Below are positions 1 to 12,349 of a stretch of DNA of 64,000 bases, piece by piece. Position numbers and translations under genes: made by a program. Position 1 is the first letter of the stretch, and every line of letters begins with the position of its first letter. The notes beneath the pieces were generated by a model that saw only the letters and a list, made by a program, of their open reading frames with translations, did no database searches and was not told the origin of the DNA. Source of the stretch: Convolutriloba macropyga (Eukaryota); the NCBI RefSeq assembly GCF_964194025.1, contig NC_134471.1:17484001-17548000 (forward strand), in the 5' to 3' direction.

Positions 1-423
1 ACAGATACAGATAGTATATTTATAAACATAAATATTCCTTTAGATAGTAATATAGAATCTGAAATGAAAAAGATAAAAGATATTTTACATAATAATGAGT
101 TAGGTAAGATGAAGGATGAATTACCTAATGATACTATTATAGAAGCATGTTTCCTTAAAGCTAAAGCATATTGTTTCAATACTGTTAAAAGAGAAGAAGA
201 GAAAAATTTAAAAGGTATAACTAAAGCTACTATTTAAAACCAAATTATTTTGGAAGATTATAAAAGTGCTATATATGGGGGTGTAAGTAAATATGTAACC
301 AATTATACTATTGATAGCAAAAGGCATCATTTAGAAACTAAGGAACAGTATAAGATAGCTATAGATCCATTTGATGATAAGGGCATTAGAGATAGTAATG
401 GTGAATTTAGGTTCTATCAGTGA
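1..423 (+). pseudogene. C-terminal part of a Polinton protein-primed DNA polymerase B (second element, extends left of the window)
   Basis: Frame +1 translates TDTDSIF...LGKMKDE...KAKAYC...KGITK...PFDDK, the pPolB motif C and C-terminal motifs. Premature TAA at 235-237, natural TGA at 421-423. Missed by the ORF track. Confidence 0.9.
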
Positions 424-795
424 AAAAAACACTGATCACTCTGTTTCCACCGATCTCAGTGTTTTTGACTGTATACCCATCACAGTGTGTCCCATTTACA
501 GTCTCACAAGAGGGATCATCCTTTTTGAGAACTCTGAGTTTGGTTTTTTTTATCTCACCTAGTTTTGTAGCAATTCATCAAATCGGGGGACGTTCACTGG
601 AGATAGTGAGGAAGGAACCCCAAACCTTCCGTTTGCTAAAGCAACTTAACTAGACTCGATGATTTAACCACTACGCCAAGTGAGACAAGAAATGATAGAT
701 TTGAAATATAAAAGAAGTGACTACAGAGTAGTGGATATATAAAGGGAATTAGAGTAATGTGTATATGCTGCGGAGGTACCCATATACACATTACT
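1..795 (+). mobile_element. Right end of a second Polinton/Maverick family
   Basis: pPolB 3' end followed by ~370 bp ending ...CATATACACATTACT, whose reverse complement AGTAATGTGTATATG resembles the AGTAGT Polinton terminus. The other end lies outside the window, so the boundary is inferred. Confidence 0.6.
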
Positions 796-799
796 ATTT

Positions 800-3030
800 T
801 TCAATGACTTTGATATTTCAAAACGGGATAAACAGAGAAAACCCAGCGGGCATTAAGTTTCATTACAGGCCCAAAGTGGGCTTTAGTAGTACTTCAAGTG
901 CAGTGCCTATAGTGCTGCAGCTGCTGAGATGGCCCTAATTTAAGGTTAAAAGGTCATTTTTAGAAGTTTTTGGGCTCAAAATGGAGCAATTTTTTATGAT
1001 TTTTGTGATTTTTTTAGTTTTTTGTTTGATTAATCTTAGGTTGAAGTTTTTAAAAACTGATGAAGGCCTTTTGCGAGACAAAATTACTTGCTATGACCAT
1101 TTTATGAGCTATATGTTTTGGTTATACAAACACAAACACGCAAAATGATAATAATTTTTTCAATTTTTTTCAGGTTTTTTGAAAATTTTTTGAGTTGTTG
1201 AAGTTTTTTTAACCCCAGGTGTCAAGAAGCCTCCTCTAGTGTTTGATAATAGATTTTTGCATAGTTTCTAGTGGTAATGGAATGGTTTTCAACTTTTAGC
1301 CATCACGAATTTTAGCATTTTTTAAACAAAACTTGCAATTATTTTTCATATTTTTTGATATTTATTGTCATTATTCAGGTTCCTTGAGTCCCAGGGTTCA
1401 GAAAACCTAATTAGGTGTTGGATAATAAGTTACTGAAAATTTTTTAGTGGCCATGGAATAGGTTTCAAATTTTGAATAACACAAATCATAGCAATTTTTT
1501 TGACAAAACTCGCATTTTTTTTCAGGTTTGAAAATTTTCGTCATGGTTTTAGTTTTTCCAGCTTCAAGTACCAAGCAATCTCCTTGAAGGTTTAATAAAA
1601 GGACACTGAATGAAGAGTTTCTAGTAACAATGGATTGCTTTCCAACGTTTCAATGCCTCGAATTTAGGCATTTTTTTTAATAAAATCTGCAATTTTCTTT
1701 AAGGTTTCATAAAGTTTTTGTCAATTTTTGATATTTGTCCATTCTCAAGTGAAAGAAGGCCTATTCCACGTTCTGATAAAAAAATTACTGCATGGTTGAT
1801 AGTTTCAATGGATTTGTTTTCAACAATTTAACTTTTCGACTTTTAGAAGCTTTTTGAAAAATTGGAAATTTTTTTCAAATTTTTTCAACATTTGTACTAT
1901 TTCGTTTTTCTTGCCTCAGTAGCCAGGCAACCTCATTCAGGGTTTGATAGTATGTTATTAAATATTTGCTAGGGGGCAATTCAACGGCTTTAAACATTTT
2001 TATAGGCCGAATTTCTATTTTTTGAAGTTCTAAATTTCTAAAAATTATTGCCTATCGATCTTTGAGCCAATGAATTTTTTAAGGCTTTGAATTGGGTTAC
2101 TGGATAGCTCCTAGAGACATAGAAATGATTTTGAAGATATTAATATAATGATTTTCAGCATTATTTCATAATTTGCATTTCATTTCTTTTTTTTAAATTT
2201 TTTGGTCATTTTCGAGTTAATCGATCTTCAAGTGCCAATGATTTTTTTTCAGGTCTTGCAGATATAATACTGGACCAATTTCAGAAACAAAAATTGGTTA
2301 AACAAATTTTTGAAATTAGTGTTTTTAAAGGGAGAAAAATTTGCCTTAAGTTTAAAAGCTTCAAGAGTTTTAGCAATGAGTATATTTTTGTTTAGTTTGT
2401 TTGATTGTTTTTGTTTCTCAATTTTTCAAGATGATTTTGTTTGTGTTTTGGCTGGCATTGTTGTTTAATTGATCTGGTGGCCAGGAAGAGTACTTTTGAG
2501 TTTTTCATTCAATTCTTTGAATTGTATTTCAGGACTTGTCCTGCTATGTTTTTTTGAATTCGTCGTCTCCATCGATGATTATTACGACCTGACTTCTTGG
2601 AATTGACTTCAGTGACTTCTATTGCTTTGCAGTTAAAATTTGTGTGTCTGACGTCATTTCTGCTTTTAGGTCAATTGCATGATTTACCTCACTCACAAAA
2701 ATGACTTCTGAACTCACTTATGGAACTTTAAATTTTATGAACATAAAATAGTGTGCATCTAAGTAGTGCCAAACTTATATGCCCTAGTTCTTGAGTATTA
2801 GTCTTGAGCTTTTGATTTCGAATATCAATTTTGAAAAAGCTCTCTTAGCGCTTTTTCCCTATAGTCTGTATATGTCAAAAAATTGACAGTCCGAATCTAA
2901 CTCAAAAAGTGTAATTGTTTATTTAAGGACTGATGGTCGATCTGTCTATCTTATTTCTTTAGTTGTTTCAATTCATGGAAGGCCACAAGCGTCTATCGCG
3001 GCAATTTCCGGCAATCTGCCGGCTATGTTT
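800..3030 (+). mobile_element. 5'-truncated Helentron/HINE-like non-autonomous element with internal degenerate ~120-bp repeats
   Basis: Shares blocks with 7754-9506, 28560-28844 and 29110-30597. Ends in a CCGGCA-ATC-TGCCGG hairpin followed by TATGTT, the same end seen near 47283. May be a composite of two copies. Confidence 0.55.
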
Positions 3031-3439
3031 AACCATTGTCCTGCGCACTAAAAAGCTATCATTGTTTTCTCTTGTTTGTTTGGTCTTGTCTGTTGATTTG
3101 TTGGTTTTTCTTGCTGATCACATCGCTATTGTACAACTTCGAAATGAGCCTCTCTCATGTCATGAAAATGTAGTTAATTAACTGGTCACAAACGATGTTT
3201 GTAGGGATTATGGTAGACGCATGGCCTTTCTTTATGCAATTTTTTGTTCGATCAATTTTCAATTTGACCATTTTAACTTCTCCTCAAACTCCTCCTCAAA
3301 ATGGAGGCCAATAGATGAAACCCGTAGGTTTCTATTAGTGTCTAAGTATATTTTAGGAATTGGAGTCGCCCGCTGGACTTAGTACCCTGACACGAGGAAT
3401 CACTAGAAATTATTTATTCAGAGAATTCAAGGATGGAAA

Positions 3440-4437
3440 CCCAGGTCGAGGTGGCCAGACCGAAGTGACCCCTGATCAGACGAGTTTCGAGCGCACACAT
3501 GTTCCCGGTGCGCTCGAATTACATGGTCTGGAAAAGGCTTCGAGCGCACTTTTGTCTGGACAAGGGTCTGGAACTTGCCTGATCAGAGACCACTTTGTTC
3601 TGGGACGGTCAGATCAGAGGCCGATTCGAGCGCACACTAGTCTGACCAGAGACCAATTTGAGCGAATTTTTTTCAAATTTCTTTTTGTTTTCATACTGAC
3701 TTTTGTTGTCTCTGGTAAGAGGCAACAATAAAACAGCATTCTGATCAGAACTTCATCTGAAAATCTGATGGGTTTGATCAGAACCAAGGAGTTCAGCTGA
3801 TAAAAACTGCCGGTCCCCTCAAGAAAAGATTTTGAATCAAAGTAGATCAAGACGTTTTTATGCAAAGCTGTCTAAGTTCACTTATTCAGTTAGAATCATA
3901 AATAAATGGCATACTCAGTAATTTTTTTGATCATGTTTTTGATCATCATTTATTTTTATTAGCAATACTTTCATGATTGGCTTTTTATTAGTTGAATATA
4001 AGATTGATAAAATGATAGATGAAATGAATATATTATAACGATATTGAGAGATTTGTTCATGTTCAAAATCATTCTCTGATCACACTAATTCGAACGCACT
4101 TTATTCTAAACAGAGGCAACTTCGAGCGCACTTTTGTCTGATCAGAGGTGATTTTGACCGCACTTTAGTCTGGGACTATATTTCGAGCGCACTCTAGTCT
4201 GGACAATGGTCTGGAACTCGTCTGGACAATGGTCTGGAACTTGTCTGATCAGGGGTCACTTCGGTCTGGAACTCGTCTGATCAGAGGCGGCTTTGAGCGC
4301 ACTTCGAGCGCACAATGATCTTCGAGCGCATACTCGTCTGATCAGAGGTCACTTCGGTCTGGGACGGTGTGATCAGAGGTCCCACTTGTCTGGGACTGTC
4401 TGATCAGAGGCGATTTCGAGCGCGACCTCAACCTGGG
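3440..4437. mobile_element. CACTA/EnSpm-like non-autonomous element with subterminal repeat arrays
   Basis: TIRs CCCAGGTCGAGGT (3440) and ACCTCAACCTGGG (4437) match at 12/13, with AA on both flanks as a possible 2-bp TSD. Dense TCTGATCAGA, CGAGCGCAC and GTCTGG motifs near both ends. Confidence 0.65.
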
Positions 4438-5355
4438 AAGTTAAGCGTTTTATTCTCAAGACGTTTGACGATCTCAAGAAAGGAAGTTTGGCGTTGTTGT
4501 GAAACGGCAACTAATTTTGGCAAAAAGCTGAGATTTATGAGTGGAAATGAGTGAAGTAAACATAGAGCGAAACGCTGTAAAGCATATTTCGCCTAAATTT
4601 CTGATACTTGATGAAAAATTGGTTAGTCTCAAAATTTTCTAAGCCGGACAAGATTTTTTGATTCTCTAAGTGAACAATTTACAGGAGCTGGTGAGAAGAC
4701 CACCAATATGTTGGTGCCAAGGACAATAATTTTTGGCGTCTTGGGTACCCCTCATTTGCCTCTCAAAATAGGTTTCATTAGACCAGCACATTGCACAATT
4801 TACTCACAACCAAGATTTGTTATTCTTTAGCGTGAAGTTTTTGAATAAAGACATGGAAATTTGTCTAAAGCAATTTCAAAAACTTAGTCGCTTATTGGGA
4901 TGAATGGCAGTCGGTTTATTGTACAAAATCACGGAGCTTAAAAACCTCACATAGATAAGATTAGTAGAGAAAGTTTGATCTTTTCATTGTAACCTTTCAA
5001 ACGTATAGTTGTTTGTTTTTGGAACTCTTTTTTCTTGCACTATGGTCCAACATTAATCTAAAAAACAAGTATTACCAAAAATTATTAGAGACGCAAAGAT
5101 CATCTGTCCGAGTATGTCAAAAAAAACTTTCAAGTTTTGCATTTTGTTGGATATAACAGCCAAATTTGAAAAAAAAAGCTAACACACTCAAGTAAGGCAT
5201 GTAGCATTTTTGTTTGGGCCTGGTTGATGTCATTCCGGCTTTTTAAAGTAAGATCTTGACGTCTAGATTTTGTTAATTTAAGGCAATCTGAGAAGCAGAT
5301 TTTGTTTGATTTTGCCGGTTGTCCGCTTGATTCGTTTCAGCTTAAAAAAACTATC

Positions 5356-7176
5356 AATTGCTCTCGAATGAGAAGCAATTACTGTAAACGCGTGTGTCTT
5401 TTTCATACACATTGTGTCTTTTTATCGTACATAGATGCATTTATTGTAACACGTTTTGTACCTGACTAATCTATGAAATGTGTGTTTTAGCAGTTAAGTT
5501 AATTTAAAACCTTTTTGTAGGGAATGGTTGCTCAGCTATTTTCCTCAAATATTGGTTGATTTTAAAGACATATGTGATTTTTAATTGCACTCAAATGAAG
5601 TTTGAAGCAATTAATTTAAATGTGTCGGTCTTTTTACGACTCGAAGGTGAGTATTGATGGAGCGCCTTTTTTGATCGGTAATTTTTTTGGAGTGTGTTTG
5701 AAACAGGAAGTGAAAGCAAAGTATTTAGGTCAAATTGCTGAAGAGCAGATAGAAGAGAGAGTGGTTTTCTGTATATGCTATATTTTTTAGAGAGAGCGAT
5801 TAAAAAAGTTGTGAAAAACATTTCGTTAACCGGGCAAATTATTTTGATCACGTGCGGCATTTTCAAAGCAGTTATTTAGTTAGTCCATTTTTTTTCTCTC
5901 AAAGATGTTTGTATTGTTTACCCAAACTAGTAATTGTGCATTTGAAAGCTTTATCGACCATTTGAATAAAAAAATGATGACAGTTTTAGATTCAATTTTT
6001 AGCTAATTTTACCCATTTGTCATGATTTACAATTTATAGCAGCTTTTGTAGTCTTCGAAATTTTATAGCATTTGGGGTGCTCTGTGGCTCTAATCAGTTG
6101 TTGTAGTGATTTTAGTTGGCTTTCGGTCGAATTGTTTTTAATTTTGAGTTGTTTTTTTAAATATCATTGAGAAAAATCAAGCAAAATTCGCCAAATATTG
6201 TCTGTTTTTCAAATTTCTTTTGAATGTTTTTTTTTGCTCATTTTAAGCTTTTCGCTATAGTTTTTCTTGTTCAAGCTTAAATTTGGAGCTGTTTTATAGG
6301 TTTTTTCCCTGAAAGGTGCTATTGGAGGTCTTTTCACTGAAATAATTTTTACAAATTCCTAAACTTTTCGGGATCGTTTTTTCGTTATTTGCATTTTTGT
6401 GCTGTTGAAAAGTTTTTACCAAGTGCCTGAACAGAAGAACTTATCAAACTTTTTGCCAATTAACTGATGATAAATAGTATTTTAGCTATTTGCGGATATT
6501 TTTTTAAAATGTTTTGACGAAAACATTTATTAACATTTTGACGAAAACATTTTTTTACATTGTCCTTCACTTTTTTCATTGGTTTTCTCTATATTAACTA
6601 TTTTGTCGCTCTTTCTGTCAATCGGCAGTAATTTATTGAATCAGAAATAACTGTGTTAATTTTTTATCAGATTCTTTTTCAATTTTTGTTGTCATTTTAT
6701 CAGTTTCTGACAGTTATTTTGCCTGTTATTGTTTCAAATTGACTAGCATAATCAGTTAGGAGGCTCATTATGTTAGTTAGGGCAGTCAATTTTCTGCTCT
6801 GAGTTGTTTTTGGAAGTCTTTGGGCTATGTTTGTTAATGCAAAACTGTCGCTTGACCGTTTCTGCGCTTTTGTTTTAAAACAGTTTTTGACTTCTCGAGT
6901 GAATTTTTCACGCTTCGCTTGTTCGTTTTGAGTAATTTCAATCGCTCTTAATCGAAAATGAAGTTTTTTGCTATTATAAAAGTGATTGTCAGCGCTTGAT
7001 TTTCAAAGCAGTTGTAGGTTGGTGTAAAGATGCCCAATTGCTATTTTAGAGGGCTCGGGATTGAGCCCCCATGAGGTTCGAGTTTTTGCACCCATAGAAA
7101 ATTCCCACGCTACGCCCCTTAAGTAAATTACCCCCGCCTATCGTTCGAGAGCAATTCATCCGACGTTATTCGGTTT
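5356..7176 (+). mobile_element. Helentron/HINE-like element
   Basis: Perfect 13-bp subterminal inverted repeats AATTGCTCTCGAA (5356) and TTCGAGAGCAATT (7144). A 5' internal IR (AGCAATT) and a 3' CCGA...TCGG stem-loop are present. Internal blocks are shared with 44850-46900. Confidence 0.6.
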
Positions 7177-7753
7177 ATGGATTTATCAGGTAATAAAAAC
7201 CAGTTATCCATTTACTCAACTTTCCATTTACTGAGCTCTCCAATATTCGACAAAGACTGGCAAAAGTTAGAAACTGGCTGGAAATTCACGTGAGCTTGAA
7301 AAATAAACAAATCAAACAACTTCTCTCGACTTTTTGTCGACTTTTATTCCACCTCTCGGCCTTGTTTCAATCCAATAATAACTCAATATATCAAAAAGCA
7401 GTATTTTTATTTAAACTTGAGCTTTCGCTGGTGTTATTTAACTAAAACGCAAAACTTTTTTTAGCTTTATCCTAAACATACAAAAAGGATCTTATCCGCT
7501 TTTTCGATTGTCTTCAAACGTAAAAAATTTGAGCCAGTATTCCAAAAAGAGATCTGATTTGGTAAAAAGTGGTGTCGCAGATACCGAAACCTAGTGGAAT
7601 CGAGTCATCTCTGGACTCATTCGACCGTGAAATAGACAACGATGTGGCGGGAGACTATTCGGAATTGATCCGAGATGCTTACAGACGACAAAGAGACAAC
7701 AACGTAAGAGCAAATGATGTAATAGAATAGCCGAGTCGCCTACCCGATCGTTT

Positions 7754-9506
7754 AATTGCTCTCAAGCGAAGTTTGTAGCAATTATATTAGTCCTGTCGGT
7801 CTTTTTTTAATGCGATTTTTCGCTGGACCGATTTTTCGTCTGACGCTTTTGACTTTTCGTCCTCAAAAATGGGATAAACAGGTAGCGCCCAGAGAGTATT
7901 AAGTGCTCTTAGAGCCTTTCAGCTCTATTTCAGCTCAAACTGTTTTGGAGACTTATACTTATGGTGTGAAGGGCGGTTCTTAGAGGTTGCAGACAACCCC
8001 ACTGTTGACCCCCTCACTATTGCCCGACCCCAACCGCGCTTTTGCCCCCCCCACCACACTGCTGCCCACACCCTCCCCATCAGTTCACCCATCACCCCCC
8101 CCCCCCCCCCCCCCCGAGGCAGGGGCCAGATAACGTTCTTAAGGGTTTGATGATAAGTTACTGAAAAAATTTATTTGCCGTGGAATAGCTTTCAATTTTT
8201 TTAATATGTCAAATTTTAGCGATTTTTTTTATAAAACTTGCATTTTATCAAGTTTTTTAAAAATATTTCTCGGGAGAGCCAAGAAAACTCCTCTAGGGCT
8301 TGACAATAGGTTACTGTATAGTTTCTAAATGTAATGGTATGTATTTCAATATTTCAACACCACGAACTTTAGCATTTTTATTTACTAAATTTTTTCCAAC
8401 TTTTTTTACATTAATTGTCATTATTTCAGTTTTTCAGCCTAAAAAAATCTCCGTTAGGGTTTGATTATAAGTTTTTTTTTGGCCATGGATTAGTTTTTAA
8501 CTTTTATTCACAATTTTAGCAGTTTTTTGTGCTACTTGCAATTTTTTTCAAGTTTTTTGAACATTTTTTCTCACTTTTTAGGTTTCAGCAGCCTCAAAAG
8601 CCTCGTAGCCTCCTCTGGGGATTTATTACAGGTTAATGCATAGCTTCTAGATGTAATGGAATGTTTTTGAAGATTTTAATATCAGCAATTTTTAAAAACA
8701 TTTGCATTGTTTTCAAGTTTTTTGAATATTTTGAATTTTTTTATCCTTTTTTCCAGTACCAGGGTCCTAGGGACCTCCTCCAAGGTTTGATGATAAGCTG
8801 TCGCATAGTTTCTAGAGTTAATGGAATGCTTATCAATATTTTAATGACTCCAGCTTGGGCATTTTTTTTGGGTAAAATTCATTTTTTTCAAGCTTTTTGG
8901 GAATTATTATCATGTCCCAAGTTTATGGATCTTTATGAGCCAGTGAAACTATTTTAATGACTCAGGCTTGGGCATTTTTTGATAAAATTCAATTTTTTCA
9001 AGCTTTCGGAAAACTATTATCATGTGCCAAGTTTATGGATCTTTATGAGCCAGTGAAACTATTTAAAGCATGAAATAGGGATGCTGGATAGTTTCTTGAG
9101 ACAATGTAATGGTTTTGAAGATTTTAATAACTTGAATTTTAGCAAGATCTTGTTAAAATTTGCGATTGTTTGCAAAAATTTGAATATTTTTTTCTTTTCT
9201 GAGTTTAACGATCATTACTGGCCAACGAAGTTTTTTAAGTCTTGCAGATGGGTTACTTGACATAAAATAGTTTTGAACCTTTTCACTGCAAAATGTGGAA
9301 GCTTTTCTTTTAGTTTTTGTAATGTTTTGCAAATTTTTAAAATATCAGATTTTTATTTGATTTATTTACTAACAAGGCTAGAAAACTTAAATTTGCAGAG
9401 TCGAATCAAGCTTAAGCTAGCCTCACTAAACCATGGCTAGCTACTGACGAAGCCAACCACTCGCGATTGTTTGAGAGCAAATCGCCCGACGTTAGTCAGG
9501 TATGTT
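7754..9506 (+). mobile_element. Helentron/HINE-like element, apparently full length
   Basis: 5' AATTGCTCTCAA with internal IR AGCAATT; 3' TTGAGAGCAA plus an imperfect CCGAC-GTTA-GTCAG hairpin and TATGTT; T-rich flanks. Contains a ~115-bp tandem duplication at 8838-9065. Confidence 0.65.
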
Positions 9507-11384
9507 TATTATTGCCCTTCTTTTATTGAAAAAATATTGAAAAAAATATCCAAAGATATTGAATTGTAATGGGGCTATGTTTTTCTAGAATCAAACAGGA
9601 GTTATGGTGATCTTAGATTTTTTTTTAAAATCTATGAAATGTTAACATAAAATTTTATATCCACAAAATTAAGTACGGTTCAACATTTACATTTTTATAC
9701 TACTAGTAGAAAAAAGTCATAAAACCTTGCACGTTTCTATCTATTGGAATACTTTCATGTAATTTAACCAGTTCGCATTTTCCTTCTTCAATTAATTTAT
9801 TTTTTGTTTATTTTTCTTTCCGTATATCGAACAGTGAATAGTTCTACTTTCTCCAACAATTAATGATTGTTGATCAGTCAATCCATTTGGAGGCATCAGT
9901 GCCTACTTTTCGAAAATAAAACTTGAAGAATTATTCTTACCGAAAATTTCAGCAGGTAAAATTTTCTCTAAATAGAATATCTAATTCTTTGTCAAAATTT
10001 TAGTGCAAATAGCAATCCTTAAAACACCTATATTTTGTCTAATTATTCTCTGAAGTGATGAAGTTGGCTATAATTGGAGAAAAATTGCACTGAAATTATA
10101 ATAAGACAAAATAAGTAATTTTGAAAATTCTTTTTTTTATAAGTTAGCAAACAAATGCATGAAATTAAATTAAAATGAAAAGCCATTTTGGTGCATATAT
10201 GCAATGACTGTAGAGAAATAAAATCATTAATTCGTTCTCATTTTCTTTTGATGAAACTTGAGATAGTTAGATGGGAAGAAAAATTTGCCAGGCATTTTTT
10301 TTGTTCTTGTGCGTCTTTTTAAAAGCAGTTTTTAAATGCAAATTTCAAATTTTTTAATTATCTAAGTAGTTAGTTTATCCAGCATATAATTTAAGATAAT
10401 GGCTGGTTCAAATCGTCTCTTGTTAAAATCAATCACTAATGGACAAAAAAAGGCAAGAGCAGAGAGAAAGGGTGCTTTTTTGTGGACTTAAATTGATTTG
10501 CTTGTTGTTTTAACTGGGTTGTTGTTATTAATTGCTGTTTGTCGAGTGAGAAGTGAATTGAACAAAAATGGTGTCAAAAACTTCCAAGTAAACATAAAGA
10601 TTCAGGGAATATTTAGGAGGACGTCGTAAATTTAGAAATTTTCAGAATAATTTCTCATCGGAATTATTTCATTCTTCTTGTCTTTTATTTCCTTCCTTTC
10701 TCTCTTTATTTTCTGTTCCATTCTTTTGTTTTTTTTTGCTGTGAATCGAGTGTGTTCATTATTTTCGGTTACGGTTTTAAGTTGAGGAAGGAGATATTGA
10801 CCGACATTACATGGTGGAGTAACGAAAAGTCATAACAAAGTCTTTTCAATGTCTCTACATTGCAACATGTGCATCGAGTAATAAAAATACTATTATCTTA
10901 ATACATAGGTACTTCTTGAAAAATTGCGAGAAAAAAGGTTATAATTAATCTTAATACATGCAACCTAATGTAATATTAATAACGGCGTCTGATAGCAATG
11001 GCACAAGATAATTCAAACCAATATTAGGTAAATTAGCAAGTAGTTTGCCATATTTCTGCATTGGTTGATATCTGATTTAAGAGCACATATCGCACTGTTA
11101 TTGAGATTAGAAAACCTGAACGTTTAGTTATCGAGATGAAACCTGATTTAATAGCCCTCCAGTTACTTCATCTATGCCAATTAATTTTGTAATAACATTG
11201 AAGTGATGGCCCAGCTCCATTCCTTGATTTGTAAAAAAATTAACTCAAAGACATTACTCTCATCTTTCAAATTATGTTCGTTATTACTGAAATGCGTTAG
11301 AACCCATATTGGAGTTTTAGTAACGCAATTATTGTAAACAACTGACTTTTTTTGAGGAATTTGTATTAGATTTTTTAAATTGTT

Positions 11385-11536
11385 AGTAGTATCGTATATA
11401 TATACAGGAAGATGGGGGGGATCCTTTGGAGATCCCTTCAGCAGAGGGGGATCCCTGATCCCTTAGGGGAGATCTTTTATGTTAGGAAAGTGGTAATTGT
11501 GCTACATGTATTTGTCTGGTGGCTTATTGTTGGTAT
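11385..11536 (+). repeat. Polinton left TIR
   Basis: Reverse complement aligns to 28268-28474 apart from one extra ~50-bp unit in the right copy. Confidence 0.93.
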
Positions 11537-12264
11537 TGCGCTCTTGGAAAGCCATTCCAGTTTAACTTTTCTTGCTTATTTGTGGCAAAACCTAGCAAAG
11601 TAGATTTGAATTAAAGCTGAATTTATACGTTACATTATATAGAATAGAATTGTTTTAGAAACTGTTATAGATAAGAGAATTAAACACGTACAAAAACGTC
11701 AAATTGCATACAAAATAGCGCTTTGTTTTGTTAATTATGAGTCTGATTCTATCGTTTCATAATCAATAAATGGGTTATACACTAGACGTTCTTCTTCTAT
11801 CTCATTTTCATCGGCAATTTTATCAGAATCAATATCAGACTCTGTGATTGCAGCGGTTCTTACGAAGCCGGGGTCAGGAATTTCAGCGATGTCAGTATTC
11901 GTTTCAACTGTGGTTTCAATTTCCCTCTGGTTTTCAATTTCGTACAACACTCTAGACGACCAGGAACTCAACGATTCATTATCGAAATTGTCGTCTTCGT
12001 CGAAGAAACGATCGTGGACAATATTTATGTAACCAAACGGTAGCGTTTTGATCCCATTTTCAAGAATGTATCGTTTATCGTCGAAAGCGTTGAGCGACAC
12101 TTTATTAATGGTTACTGTATGGAGTTGGTGGCTGCCAGAAGCTATTCTATGGTTTTGCGTGCGGATCAAAGGACCAGAGGAGAGAGTTTCTTTGAATCTG
12201 TCATGCGTCAGTTGTCGTTGTGCTAATTTTGTGACGCCTTTAGCTGATTTCTTTTCCCCGCCAT

Positions 12265-12349
12265 CTAAATTAAAATATTGAACATTAGGAACAGTCCCAA
12301 CTAACAAGCTGTATATTGATACGTGTGAGTGTGATGAAAACTAACTTAC
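12265..12349 (-). other. Predicted 85-nt GT-AG spliceosomal intron in pPolB
   Basis: Donor G|GTAAGT and acceptor AATTTAG|AT. Removal joins KPKFYSVIAI-D-GGEKKSAKGV in frame. Confidence 0.8.

Noticed and set aside
371-653. 63-aa and 77-aa ORFs
   Set aside because: Out-of-frame overlap with the pPolB end and the terminal region; no recognisable motifs.
3360-4554. Regularly spaced palindromic repeats resembling a CRISPR array, plus short ORFs
   Set aside because: Units are degenerate and shuffled, with no unique spacers or cas genes; they are subterminal repeats of a transposon.
9700-11384. Coding-like minus-strand stretches, including about 75 open codons across the Polinton insertion site
   Set aside because: Many stops and no recognisable motif; cannot be supported without a homology search.
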